Shown here piece after piece: positions 37,697-47,428 of a DNA stretch of 64,000 bases; the first letter of the stretch is position 1, and the number at the start of each line of letters is the position of its first letter. The translations under genes and the position numbers were made by a program. A model generated the notes under the pieces. The model had not been told where the DNA came from and ran no database searches. It saw only the letters and a program-made list of their open reading frames with translations. Source of the stretch: Candidatus Latescibacterota bacterium (GTDB lineage: Bacteria > Latescibacterota > UBA2968 > UBA8231); assembly GCA_965243025.1 (NCBI GenBank), contig CBDETY010000003.1, forward strand, positions 2,208,001 through 2,272,000, read 5' to 3'.

Positions 37697-38620
37697 CTAG
37701 TGTGCGAGAAAGGGCAAAGGCCAGTTGACGCACCCGATCGGTCGCCCCTTCTCAACCGCCGCCAGGTATTCGTCCAACACCCCTTTCCGAAGGGTGTAGA
37801 CCATCGCCGCTTCGCTCGCTTCCGCGCTGACCGTCGCCCAGGCCGGATCCAACGCATGCTGCGCCAGCCAGCCGGACGGATGGTGTTCGAGCGCGCTGGG
37901 CCGCAAGGTATAAATCACCTGTCGCGCCTGATCTGGATCCTCGGCGAGCAGCATGACCAGTTTCTCCCGCTGCCGGGCTGCCCGCATGGTATAGGCCACG
38001 CGCCTGCCCGCCTCATCCCTCCACATAAGCGAGTCGATGCCTCCCAACCGCCATTCACCCTCTGTCGGTCCCCACATCCAGCCAAAGTCCACATCGGCCA
38101 GCTCGGCCTCGAGGCGCTCCGTAAGCCAGAACAGGTCCGCCGGTTGAACCGGACGGGCGTCCAGGGCGACCGTGGAATCGGGCAACTGCTCGATGTCAAT
38201 AGCGACCTTGCAGAATCCGTGGGTCTGCGTCTGATAGCCATAGCGCGGATAGTAGGAAGAATGCCCCAGCAGAAAGGCGAAGCCATAACCTTCTCTTTTG
38301 CCCAGCCGATGTCCGTAGGCGAGTAGCTGTCCGCCTATTCCCTGGCGTTGGAATTCGGGAACCACCGCCACCGGTCCCACTGCCAGAGACCACATGGTCG
38401 TGCCCATCAGTCGCTGCCGAACCGGGGTGAAAAGTGCGTGCCCGACCATTTCCTCCTGGTGCCACGCCGTCACCGAGAACCGGCGGTCGTAGAGAGGATA
38501 GACCCGACGCATGTCGTCGACTATCTGCCCCTCGTCGCCATGGCGGAAGGCCCGGCAGTTTACCTCGTTGATCGCCTCTTCATCGCCAGGCCTCTCACCG
38601 CGTATTTCAATGTTCGTCAT
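37697..38620 (-). CDS. GNAT N-acetyltransferase with C-terminal extension
   Basis: IRGERPGD, VGHALFTP, PVAVVPEFQRQGIGGQL, LLGHSSYYPRYGY. Confidence 0.85.
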   Translation of the reverse strand: MTNIEIRGERPGDEEAINEVNCRAFRHGDEGQIVDDMRRVYPLYDRRFSVTAWHQEEMVGHALFTPVRQRLMGTTMWSLAVGPVAVVPEFQRQGIGGQLLAYGHRLGKREGYGFAFLLGHSSYYPRYGYQTQTHGFCKVAIDIEQLPDSTVALDARPVQPADLFWLTERLEAELADVDFGWMWGPTEGEWRLGGIDSLMWRDEAGRRVAYTMRAARQREKLVMLLAEDPDQARQVIYTLRPSALEHHPSGWLAQHALDPAWATVSAEASEAAMVYTLRKGVLDEYLAAVEKGRPIGCVNWPLPFLAH

Positions 38621-39101
38621 GCGGTCGCGCAGATTCGGTGGTATCCTCGCCCGCTTCGACGGTGGATTTGTCCGGGGTGGTCAAGGCGTGTTCCCAGGGG
38701 TTGATGACATCGACGTCCAGGTCTGCGAAGTCCCCGACGTTCCGCGTCGCAACGGAGAGACCGTGAACTTTGGCTGTCCCGGCGATCAGCGCATCCCCCA
38801 GGTCCAGCACGCGACCAGAGCGATGCGCCTGCGCCCGGAATTGGGCAGCCCGCTCTGCCCCGGTCCTCTCCATGGGCAGGATGCGATCCTCATACGCCGC
38901 AATGAATTCTGACAGCACCGACCGCAACCCGTCGCGACGTTGTCCCGGCGGCAGCAGCTCCAGGCCGAACTCCAACTCGTGCAACACCAGCGCGGACGAC
39001 CACAAGTCGTCTTGTTCGGTCAGGAATGCGACAACCCGGGGATCGGGCGCGTCCTTTGTCAACTCCGAGACCACGTTGGTGTCTAAAAGAAACCCTCTCA
39101 C
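38607..39101 (-). CDS. vapC: VapC PIN-domain toxin
   Basis: GTG at 39101 overlaps the antitoxin stop; FLLDTNVVSE, HELEFG, DALIAGTA, ATRNVGDF, VINPW. Confidence 0.92.
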   Translation of the reverse strand: MRGFLLDTNVVSELTKDAPDPRVVAFLTEQDDLWSSALVLHELEFGLELLPPGQRRDGLRSVLSEFIAAYEDRILPMERTGAERAAQFRAQAHRSGRVLDLGDALIAGTAKVHGLSVATRNVGDFADLDVDVINPWEHALTTPDKSTVEAGEDTTESARPHDEH

Positions 39102-39382
39102 CCTGCGTCTCCGGACGCGAATGGGATTTCCCGCCGGGACTGTCTGTTTCTGGTGGTCTCGAGGTTCGCGCCGCGGGGCATGTTGGCTACCAGCCACTGG
39201 CCCATGGGTTGGCGCTGCGATTCTTTCTCAGCCCATACGTGGGCGGGAACTACAACGAAGGACTTCCGCGTTCCGATGTGTTGCGGCCCTTCCTCTTCGG
39301 CGCGACGCAGGACTTCGGACAAACGCGCCTTGGCCTCGGCGACGGTCCAGACTCGATGGGGTGCTGAGTATCGGGTGGTCAT
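39098..39382 (-). CDS. Phd/YefM-family antitoxin
   Basis: ATG at 39382 with RBS GAGGAG; WTVAEAKARLSEVLRRAEEEGPQHI. Confidence 0.9.
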   Translation of the reverse strand: MTTRYSAPHRVWTVAEAKARLSEVLRRAEEEGPQHIGTRKSFVVVPAHVWAEKESQRQPMGQWLVANMPRGANLETTRNRQSRREIPFASGDAG

Positions 39383-39403
39383 AGCTCCTCCAGCTGAGTT
39401 GTC

Positions 39404-39430
39404 ATTATAGTCCAACATAGACTATGTTGG
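39404..39430 (-). promoter_or_regulatory. TA promoter -10 box and palindromic operator
   Basis: TATAAT on the minus strand (39409-04); perfect inverted repeat CCAACATAG-A-CTATGTTGG (39412-39430). Confidence 0.7.
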
Positions 39431-39506
39431 CTGTCGCATCAATGCTTTGTTGGTTTCCCGGGAAAACCTGACCGGCCCCGTTGCCGGCGAACAAAGGCGC
39501 GCAGCC

Positions 39507-40241
39507 ATGACCATCCCCCTCGACCAGATCACCTCGATGCCGGCGTACTCTCCCTATTTCCCGCGGCCGCCGGCGCGCTACCGCAACGTCCGCTTCCAGT
39601 ACGTCTGCTTCCGCGCCGATACCGCCGCGGTCGACCGCCTGCTGCCCGCCTGCTTCGAGCCGGCCGGGGACGGCTTCTGCGCCGCCATCGGCCTGACCGT
39701 GCCCTGGTCGGCGAACTACGGGGCCTTCGACGAATCCGTCCTCGTGGTCAAGTGCCTGTTCGAGGGCCGGGAGGGGTACTTCGCCCCGGTCGTCTTCCTC
39801 AACTCCCGCAGCAGCATCCCGGCGGGGCGGGAGATCTACGGCACCCCGAAGGTGTACGCCGACCTCGAGGTCCGCATGGATGAGCGGGTGATGGTGACCG
39901 ACACCTTGGTCGGCGGCGGCAACGCCCTCTCCATACGCTCGACCATGCATTGCGAGGCGGCCCCGGAAGAGATGCCCGACCTCTCCCCTTCCTGGCGGCT
40001 CAAGGCGATCCCGAGGGCGGACGGGGCCGGGTGCGACGTGCTGCAGCTGATCGACGGGGCCGGGGCGAGCCGGGACGTGACCGTCCACGTCCGCCGCAAG
40101 GGAGACGGCGTCGTGCGCTTCGAGCCGGTGCCGGTGTACGACCTGTCGGGTTTGGAGCCGCTGGAGTACCTCGGGGCCTTCTACGTCGAGCAGGATTACA
40201 CCGAGGGGTACGCCGAGATCGTGCGCGATTTCCTCGCCTGA
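39507..40241 (+). CDS. Acetoacetate decarboxylase-family protein
   Basis: SMPAYSPYFPRPPARY, GREIYGTPK (Schiff-base Lys), LKAIP. Confidence 0.85.
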   Translation: MTIPLDQITSMPAYSPYFPRPPARYRNVRFQYVCFRADTAAVDRLLPACFEPAGDGFCAAIGLTVPWSANYGAFDESVLVVKCLFEGREGYFAPVVFLNSRSSIPAGREIYGTPKVYADLEVRMDERVMVTDTLVGGGNALSIRSTMHCEAAPEEMPDLSPSWRLKAIPRADGAGCDVLQLIDGAGASRDVTVHVRRKGDGVVRFEPVPVYDLSGLEPLEYLGAFYVEQDYTEGYAEIVRDFLA

Positions 40242-40374
40242 GGCTTCGAGGGATTCTGTTTGAACGCCGCTGACCGCCGGCACCCGGCGCCCGTGCCGGG
40301 CAGTCCTCCAGGATGCGGGGGGCCCCCTGCCGGGCGACTGCCTTCCGCGAGCCGGCGTCCGGCCCCGAGGCCGC

Positions 40375-41466
40375 TCAGAAATCCATGTCCGGCGGCCCCT
40401 TGTAGCCGATGCTCCGCCATCCGGCCACGTCCCCGCCGCGCAGGCGGTAGGGGTGGGGATACAGCTTCAGCGAGCGGTCGGCGAAGGGGAGCGGAACGCG
40501 CTCGTGCCCATTGCAGGCGGAGCGCACCAGGGCGATGGCGACCTCGAGGGAACGGAGGTGATCCTCCCCGGTGCTCAGCGGCTCGGCGCCGCTTTCATGG
40601 GCGCGGATCAGCCGCTGCACGGTGAAGTCGAAGGCATCGTCGGGCGGCTCGTCGAGAAACGAAGGATGCACAGGGGTCGCGGCCGCTCCCTTTCCCTGGA
40701 TCAGCACCGGCCGCGGGCGCGCGAAGAAGACCTGCCCCTCCTCCCCCTCCACCGACACGAAGGCGGCGACCCCGTCGTCCTGCCGGGGCCTGGCGATCTC
40801 GCAGAGGATGTCGCCGCTGAGTCCGAGACGACCCCAGGCCGGCACGTCCGCTTCCTCCGGGGCGGTCCCGGAAGCGACGTAACCTGGGACCTCGGGCAGG
40901 GTGTACCCCTCGGCCCACTCCACCTCCATTCCGGTGATGATGCGCAAGCTGGCGAGCTGAACGCAGCCGCCGCCGGAGACCTCGGTCGGCAGCCCTCCAG
41001 GTATCGCCGCGGCAGTCAGGCGGCCGATGTTTCCCGCCTTCACCCATTCGGTAACCTGCGGCATGTACGGTGTCGCCCATCCCGCCTGAGCGCAGCCGAA
41101 CAGGGTGCCGCGTTCCCGACAGATGCGGATCATCTCGTCGGCTTCGCGGAGCTCGTGGGAGATCGGCTTCTCACAGGAGACGACCCGCACCCCGGCCTCC
41201 GCGCAGGCGGTGACGCAGGGGTAGTTCTGACTCACCGGGACGATCGCCGAGACGATGTCCGGCACCTCTTCGGCCAGCAGCTCGTCGAGCTCGTCGAACA
41301 CCCTGGGCACGCCGTAGCGGCGGGCGATCTCGTCCCGCCGGTCCGCGGCCCGGTCGACGAGGGCGGCGATCTCGCACCGGGGGTGGCTGGCGTAGGCGCG
41401 GGTGTAGAAACGGCCCCAGGTGCCGGCCGCCCCCACTACGGCTACCCGGTATTTTCTCTCGGCCAT
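40375..41466 (-). CDS. Gfo/Idh/MocA oxidoreductase
   Basis: ATG at 41466 with RBS AGGAG; VAVVGAAGTWG, PDIVS, CEKPI. Confidence 0.85.
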   Translation of the reverse strand: MAERKYRVAVVGAAGTWGRFYTRAYASHPRCEIAALVDRAADRRDEIARRYGVPRVFDELDELLAEEVPDIVSAIVPVSQNYPCVTACAEAGVRVVSCEKPISHELREADEMIRICRERGTLFGCAQAGWATPYMPQVTEWVKAGNIGRLTAAAIPGGLPTEVSGGGCVQLASLRIITGMEVEWAEGYTLPEVPGYVASGTAPEEADVPAWGRLGLSGDILCEIARPRQDDGVAAFVSVEGEEGQVFFARPRPVLIQGKGAAATPVHPSFLDEPPDDAFDFTVQRLIRAHESGAEPLSTGEDHLRSLEVAIALVRSACNGHERVPLPFADRSLKLYPHPYRLRGGDVAGWRSIGYKGPPDMDF

Positions 41467-41697
41467 TTCTTGTTCTCCTTGAGGGTGATTGTCAGCTTGC
41501 CTGTCGCTCTCGAGACACGATCCCCGCCCATGGGGGCCGCCGAGTACATCCCGGAGACGCTGCGCCACGACGCCTTGCACAGGGCTATTTCCCGGGCCGG
41601 GGGCACCAGGGCCCAGGAAGGACCAATCCGGCCATTACCGCGGCCCTGTCGATCGGTGATTCGCCGGCTTTTGGCTCACTTCCCTCGCAGCGAACTC

Positions 41698-43260
41698 TCA
41701 GTCGAACTCGTCGAAGAAGGTGGCGTCCGCCCCGAAGCTGTCCATGGCCGCGACCTCGTCCCCGCGCCGGCGCACCCTGATGTCGCGGGTGCGGTGCTTC
41801 ATCTCGATCTCCTCCTCCTTCAGCGGGAAATCGATGGGGATCTCGCGGTTGACCGGGGGCTCGGCGATCAGCAGGTAGCCGTTCGACCACCCCGGCTCCC
41901 CGGCGATCCCCTCGACCCGCACCTCCTCCCGGTTCACCCAGGTGGGGATGCGGACGAACAGCGGGGCCGGCTTCTTCGCGCGCACCGAGAGGCGGCCGTG
42001 GGTGTAAGGGGACTTCACCCGGACATGGCCGTTCTCGTGGTCGAACAGCAGGTTGACCCGGTGGCCGGACTCATCGAAGCGCACCGCCTCCCGCAGGGCC
42101 TCGCACAGCGATCCTGTCGAGCCGCCGACCACGTCGGTGTTGAAGCGCAGGAACCGGTTGCCGATCGGCTCGTGGCCGTACGGGGCCGGGAAGCCCCAGG
42201 AGCCGCGGATGCGGTTGCGCACGTCGCGCAGGTGGTCGGACCCGTCCGGGTTCTCGGGGTCGCGGATCCAGGAGACGTCCCGCAGCTGCGACGGCAGCAG
42301 GTGGCAGCGGAGTATCCGCTCGGCGTCCTGGTAGTACTCGCTGAACCCCCAGCGCCCGAGGATCAGGGCGGTCTCGAGGATGTCCCCGGTGTTGTTCATC
42401 TCCCCCTCGTCGGCGCGTGACTCGTCGAAGCGCGCCGACTCGATCGACCAGCCGGTCTCGTCCCGCAGCTCCCACAGCCCGTTGTCGAAGAACGCCTTCA
42501 CCCGCCCGAGCAGGGAGCGGTCCCGGGTCAGGTCGGCGAGCTGGGCCAGCGACGACATCACGCAGGTCGTCGAGTGCACGTGGGGGCCGAAGCGCTCCTT
42601 GTCGTAGGAGCCGTCCTCGAGGTAGACCTCGGAGACCAGCTTTTCCTTCAGGGCGCCCGCCAGCTCCAGGGCCCGGCCTGACCCGGTGACGCGGAAGTAC
42701 TTGACCAGCGGACCGATGCAGCGGCCGACCCCCTCGACGACAGTGCGGTCGTCGTCGACCTGCACCCCGTGCTCCCGCTCCATGCGCCCGGCATCCCAGC
42801 GCCCCCGGGGAACGAAGTACTCGAGAACCGCGGCGATGCTCGCCTCGGCCAGTTCCCGGGCCCGCCCCGAGCTGCGGTACTTCACCAGCGGGTACAGGGC
42901 GTGAAACCCCTCGCGCACGTTGTGGTCGTTGAACTTCACCGGCTCCCCCCGGTAGTCGACCCGCTGCTTCGGCAGGGCGAGGCTGCCGCCGAAGGAGAAG
43001 AAGGCGGCGCGCGCGTGCTTGTCGATTGCCTCCTCGTCGACCTCGACGCCGGCCGCGTCCTCGGCGTTCAGCAGGCCGTTGAGGTGCCGCCCCGGGATGT
43101 GGTCCTCGATGCTCATGCCGAGGTAGCAGTCCGGCCGCACCGCCACCCGGAAGAAGGGGATGTCCCCGTCGTCGGCGTTGAAGACGTTCTGCATGGTGTG
43201 GCAGCCGAGGCGGATCGCCGCGGCGAGGTCGGTGGTGTTGACGTCGTTCAGTCTGGCCAT
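41698..43260 (-). CDS. GH127/(alpha/alpha)6-barrel-like hypothetical hydrolase
   Basis: ATG at 43260; HIPGRHLNGLL, HVHSTT, GEMNNTGD, AERILRCHLLPSQ, VNLLFD, LFVRIPTW (GH127-like C-terminal beta domain). Confidence 0.5.
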   Translation of the reverse strand: MARLNDVNTTDLAAAIRLGCHTMQNVFNADDGDIPFFRVAVRPDCYLGMSIEDHIPGRHLNGLLNAEDAAGVEVDEEAIDKHARAAFFSFGGSLALPKQRVDYRGEPVKFNDHNVREGFHALYPLVKYRSSGRARELAEASIAAVLEYFVPRGRWDAGRMEREHGVQVDDDRTVVEGVGRCIGPLVKYFRVTGSGRALELAGALKEKLVSEVYLEDGSYDKERFGPHVHSTTCVMSSLAQLADLTRDRSLLGRVKAFFDNGLWELRDETGWSIESARFDESRADEGEMNNTGDILETALILGRWGFSEYYQDAERILRCHLLPSQLRDVSWIRDPENPDGSDHLRDVRNRIRGSWGFPAPYGHEPIGNRFLRFNTDVVGGSTGSLCEALREAVRFDESGHRVNLLFDHENGHVRVKSPYTHGRLSVRAKKPAPLFVRIPTWVNREEVRVEGIAGEPGWSNGYLLIAEPPVNREIPIDFPLKEEEIEMKHRTRDIRVRRRGDEVAAMDSFGADATFFDEFD

Positions 43261-43285
43261 CGGGTGGTTTTCCCTGCTTGAGGAG

Positions 43286-45346
43286 TTAAAGCGAAGTATC
43301 CCCGGGCGGGCGGTAGATCTCGAACGGCCCGGCCTGGCTGCCGAACCTCTCCGGCTTCCAGTACCAGACCTGCCCGAAGTCCGCCCCGGCCAGCAGCTCC
43401 CGGCGCCCGTCCCCTTCCCAGTCGACCGCAGCCGGGTGGGCGCCGTGGCGGAAGAACTCCTGCGGCTTCCCGTCCGCGTCGAACAGCAGCACTTGCGGCC
43501 GCGCGAAGAGGGGGTCCCGATTCGAGCCGACGTTGCGGCAGAGGAGGACGAAGCTGCCGCGGAACGGGCTGCCCGGCTGCGGACCGACCCCAAGAAGCAG
43601 GTCGAGGCGTCCGTTCCCGTCCCAGTCGACAACCTGGATCTTGGTGCGCCCCCGGCCGTCGCCCCCCTGCGGGGTGTACGGGCCGTGGGTCTTGATGGTG
43701 TCCCCGTCCTCGAAGCGGAGCTTCTCACCCGGCAGCAGGCAGCAGAGGTCGTCGCTGCCGGCGCGCCGGTAGAGCGCGAGGTCGAGGTCGAGATCCATGG
43801 TGACGACGTCCGGCAGGCGGTTGCCGCTGAAGACGCCAAGTCCGGGCTGCACGCGCCAGGGGGCGAACAGCGGCTCGTCGCCTACCCGCAGGCGATGCGG
43901 CGGGTCGAGCTTCGGCTCGCGCGCCGTGCCCCGGTTCGGGTACCAGTCGTAGAGCCCGAGCATGCTGCCGACGACGAGGTCGAGCAGGCCGTTGCCGTCG
44001 AAGTCGACGAGCACGGGGTTGCTGTACCCGCCGATGCTTCCGTCGAGCGGCCCCTGCGAGCCGCCCCAGTGATGGCCTGCCGCGGGGTTGGGCCTGGCGG
44101 TGTAGCGGATCTCGTCCCCGGCGGCCCGCACACGTTCCGGGGGCGCGAAGCGCAGCGGATCGGTCGAAAGCGTCCTGTACCAGAAGACGTACCCCTCGAC
44201 GCTGCCGACGAGGAGATCGGCGCGGCCGCTGGCGCGCCAGTCGCCGGTGGTCGGGACGCTGAAGCAGCCGCCGTTCACGTGGGGGTTCCGCTGCCGGAGC
44301 TTCAGGGGCTCGCCGTAAACCGGACGCCCCGCGGCGTCGCGGCCGTGGAAGCGGCACCAGTGGGCGTTGTTGGCGATGTCCCCGGCGAACAGGTCGGCGC
44401 GCTCTCCTTCGAGGGCGGCGGTGGTGATCGAAGTGAAGTTGGCGCGCCGCGAGAACGGAGCCCCGTGCAGAGTGAGCAGCTCGGCAGGCTCTCCCCACTC
44501 CGGGCCCCCCCCGGGCTGCAACGGCAGGTGCCAGACCGGCCCGTAGTAGTCGAGGATCAGCAGTCCGGCTCCCGGGTCGCCGCCGTCTACCGGGCACAGT
44601 GGCCCCCCCGGCACCTCGACGTCGAGCTTCCCGCAGTACTCGAACTCGAAGCGCTCCGCGGAGCAGGCGTTGCGCAGCAGGTGCAGGGACCAGGGGCCGA
44701 CGATCCCCTTCCAGGTGCCGTCGTGGCGGTAGCGGTCGCGCTGGTCCCCGGCCACCGTGTCGACCCCGGGAGGCAGCCAGTAGCCGCCGTTCTCGTGGAC
44801 CGCCGCGACGAGGTCGAGGCGGCCGTCTCCGTTCCAGTCGCAGGGAGCCAGGGCGGCCGCACCCCAGTCGATGCCGTCGCCCTCCCCGTCCGGGCTTCCG
44901 CTGAACACGACCGGTTTTCCCCGGGAGCGGTGCGAAGGAGGTCCGCCGGCCAGGGAGAGCATCACCGTGGGAAGGCCTGAGTAGGGGCGCGGCCCCAGCA
45001 GGATCTCGGGAAACCCGTCCCCGTCGAAGTCGCCGGCGGCCTGTATGCCCCCGCAGAGCCCCCGGTCGTTCTCGTCCCGCTGGTGGGAGCGCGACATCTC
45101 CCCCCAGCGCTCGCCCCGGTCGAGCACCGGGGTGCCGTCGGCGAACGGCTCCTCGAAACCGTACGAGAAGACCGCTCCCCCGGAGTCGACGAGCTCGAGC
45201 CGGCCGTCGCCGTTCCAGTCGACCAGGTGGGGGTTGCCGTTGACGAGGAAGGCGTCCCCGAAGACGCCGGGATCGCCGAGCCGCAGGGGCGAGCCGTCGC
45301 CGCTGTTCCCCCCTTCGACCGGCCGCGGAAAGCTCAATGCGTCCAC
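43286..45346 (-). CDS. FG-GAP/VCBS repeat protein
   Basis: At least seven D(W/F)xGDGxxDL-type repeats (VDWNGDGRLEL, GDFDGDGFPEI, CDWNGDGRLDL, VDFDGNGLLDL, VDWDGNGRLDL...); no signal peptide. Confidence 0.85.
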   Translation of the reverse strand: MDALSFPRPVEGGNSGDGSPLRLGDPGVFGDAFLVNGNPHLVDWNGDGRLELVDSGGAVFSYGFEEPFADGTPVLDRGERWGEMSRSHQRDENDRGLCGGIQAAGDFDGDGFPEILLGPRPYSGLPTVMLSLAGGPPSHRSRGKPVVFSGSPDGEGDGIDWGAAALAPCDWNGDGRLDLVAAVHENGGYWLPPGVDTVAGDQRDRYRHDGTWKGIVGPWSLHLLRNACSAERFEFEYCGKLDVEVPGGPLCPVDGGDPGAGLLILDYYGPVWHLPLQPGGGPEWGEPAELLTLHGAPFSRRANFTSITTAALEGERADLFAGDIANNAHWCRFHGRDAAGRPVYGEPLKLRQRNPHVNGGCFSVPTTGDWRASGRADLLVGSVEGYVFWYRTLSTDPLRFAPPERVRAAGDEIRYTARPNPAAGHHWGGSQGPLDGSIGGYSNPVLVDFDGNGLLDLVVGSMLGLYDWYPNRGTAREPKLDPPHRLRVGDEPLFAPWRVQPGLGVFSGNRLPDVVTMDLDLDLALYRRAGSDDLCCLLPGEKLRFEDGDTIKTHGPYTPQGGDGRGRTKIQVVDWDGNGRLDLLLGVGPQPGSPFRGSFVLLCRNVGSNRDPLFARPQVLLFDADGKPQEFFRHGAHPAAVDWEGDGRRELLAGADFGQVWYWKPERFGSQAGPFEIYRPPGDTSL

Positions 45347-46326
45347 CCGGAGCGGATGCGCTCGATGAAGCGCCTGCCGTTGCCGGAGAAGTGGTCCTCG
45401 ATCTCGCCGGAAGTGAGCCCGAGCATGTCGGCGACCTGCTTCTCCTGGCGCAGCTGCTCGTAGATGACCAGGGTCGCCCGCGGGTCGCAGTGCGGCAGGT
45501 CGGGCATGCCGTAGAACTGCGACCAGGCCCGGCCCCAGGTGATGTACTTACCGCGCTCGCAGCCGGCGACGATGTTGTCGGACCCGAACATCACCCGCGA
45601 GCGGTCCTCGTGCTTCATCAGCAGGAAGTGGCTGTACAGGTCGTTCACCGCGGAGGTGTCGTACCAGATGTTGGGCAGCCCGGTGAGGAAGTGAACGGCC
45701 TCCTCCATCATGAAGGCGTTGAAGGCGCGGGCGCAGTGGGCGAGGATCCACTGGGCTCCCGGGTAGTCGCGGGTGTAGCGCTCGAGGTCCTCCCGGTTGG
45801 CGGGGTCCGCGGGCCCGGTCGGCATCGACAGGTGCATGGTGATCGCCAGCTTCATGTGGTGGGCGAGCTCGATCAGGTGCTCGGGCAGAAAGTCGCGGAT
45901 GCGGGCGCTGGCCGGGTCGGGGGCGAAGGTGCGGTAGGGCTTGAGGCCGAGGAAACGGTGCTTCTTCACTTGCGCCTCCACGTACTCGGCGCTCATCTCA
46001 GGGGTCACCAGCATGTTGACCGCGGAGGCCGGGTCGGCGCCGATCTCGGACGCCATCCAGTCGTTGTGCCCCTCGGCGTCGCAGCCGACCACGGGGGTGC
46101 CGAGCACCAGGTAGTGGATCTCCCGCCCCGGGTAGAGCTTCTCCGCCCAGTCGAGGTGGCCGCGGTAGTCGTGCTCGGCGCGCAGGCCGGCCGGCTCCTC
46201 CTGCAGGGAGCCGCGGTGTTCCTCGGACCAGATGTGGACGTGCATGTCGTGGATAACCGGGGGCACGAACCCCTCCAGCTCCCGGTCCCAGATGTCGCGG
46301 TCGAAATCGGTGTAGGAGAATCTCAA
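45334..46326 (-). CDS. Amidohydrolase-2 family metallohydrolase
   Basis: Probable TTG at 46326 overlapping the upstream TGA; HDMHVH, GLKPY, TMH, ILAHCAR, YDTSA, MFGSD. Confidence 0.82.
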   Translation of the reverse strand: MRFSYTDFDRDIWDRELEGFVPPVIHDMHVHIWSEEHRGSLQEEPAGLRAEHDYRGHLDWAEKLYPGREIHYLVLGTPVVGCDAEGHNDWMASEIGADPASAVNMLVTPEMSAEYVEAQVKKHRFLGLKPYRTFAPDPASARIRDFLPEHLIELAHHMKLAITMHLSMPTGPADPANREDLERYTRDYPGAQWILAHCARAFNAFMMEEAVHFLTGLPNIWYDTSAVNDLYSHFLLMKHEDRSRVMFGSDNIVAGCERGKYITWGRAWSQFYGMPDLPHCDPRATLVIYEQLRQEKQVADMLGLTSGEIEDHFSGNGRRFIERIRSGWTH

Positions 46327-47426
46327 GTCTCTTCCCTTTCCTGCAGGCGGCAGCAGCGCACGTACGTGACCTGCTCCTCGGTCACGTAGAACGCAACGAC
46401 GATGGTGCCGTCGGACAGCTGCGTCACCGACGGCGTTCCGAACGTGAAATGGTGGTAGGCATGCAGGACGTCGGCGACGGTGTCCCGCCTCATCGCCAGC
46501 ACCGGGGCGCTGCGGACGCGGGCCGGCTCGATCCCCCACAGCTCGAGGTGGTTCCCGTCGAAGCTGGCGCCCCCGTCCCCCGAAAGCAGGGCGCGCACCC
46601 CCAGGGGCTCGCGGCGGTGGTTGGTAACGGCGATGACGCGGCCGCTCTGCAGGCCGATGACGTCGGTCACCTGCCCCCAGAACCCGGCGTCGGCCGGTTC
46701 GCTCCAGGTCTCGCCGCCATCCTCCGAGCGGGAGGTGTGGACGTTGACCCCGACCTCCCGCTTGAGGTCATGGGTCCAGTAGGCGGCCAGCAGCCGGTCG
46801 CCGGAAAGCCGCGCCAGGCGCAGGTCGAAGAAGTAGAGGCCGTCCTTTCCCGGCCCCTGGATGCGGCGCCACGGTTCCCACGAACGGCCGCCGTCCCGGG
46901 AGCGGGTGACGGTCGCGGCCCAGTCGGGAAGCCGGTCCCCGCGGCGGTCCTCCCCCCACTCGCCGGCGGCGATCATGCTGCCGTCCGACAGGGTCGCCAG
47001 GTTGCCGCCGGGTCCCATGCGCTCGAAGGGACGACTGTCCACGGCCTGGAGCGGCGACCAGGTATCCCCCCCGTCCCGGGAGCGGGCCATCAGTTGTCCG
47101 TCCCCCTTTCCGGACGGGTAGCGGACGCAGGCGACCACGTCCCCGTCGGCGGCGATCCCGAACCCCCCGGGCAGCCGCACCCCCTCGCCGGCATCCTGGG
47201 GCTCGGGAAGCTGTCCGGCGCGGTCCCAGGTCTCCCCGCCGTCCCGCGAGCGGTGGATGACCACCTCGCCGTCGTCGCTCTCGCGCGCGCTCCCGTGCCG
47301 GCACATGCACAGCAGGGTGTCGTCGGCAAGCGTCTGGATCGACGGGAAGGCGACGTACCCGCTGGCGAGGTTGGGATGGGGGTTGCGGTAGATCGTGTGG
47401 TGCCCGAGGACTTCGAGGCGCGCCAT
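46323..47426 (-). CDS. Sialidase-like BNR/Asp-box beta-propeller protein
   Basis: ATG at 47426; five Asp-boxes (SRDGGETW, SRDGGDTW, SRDGGRSW, SEDGGETW, SGDGGASF), FGTP. Confidence 0.8.
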   Translation of the reverse strand: MARLEVLGHHTIYRNPHPNLASGYVAFPSIQTLADDTLLCMCRHGSARESDDGEVVIHRSRDGGETWDRAGQLPEPQDAGEGVRLPGGFGIAADGDVVACVRYPSGKGDGQLMARSRDGGDTWSPLQAVDSRPFERMGPGGNLATLSDGSMIAAGEWGEDRRGDRLPDWAATVTRSRDGGRSWEPWRRIQGPGKDGLYFFDLRLARLSGDRLLAAYWTHDLKREVGVNVHTSRSEDGGETWSEPADAGFWGQVTDVIGLQSGRVIAVTNHRREPLGVRALLSGDGGASFDGNHLELWGIEPARVRSAPVLAMRRDTVADVLHAYHHFTFGTPSVTQLSDGTIVVAFYVTEEQVTYVRCCRLQEREET

Positions 47427-47428
47427 GC

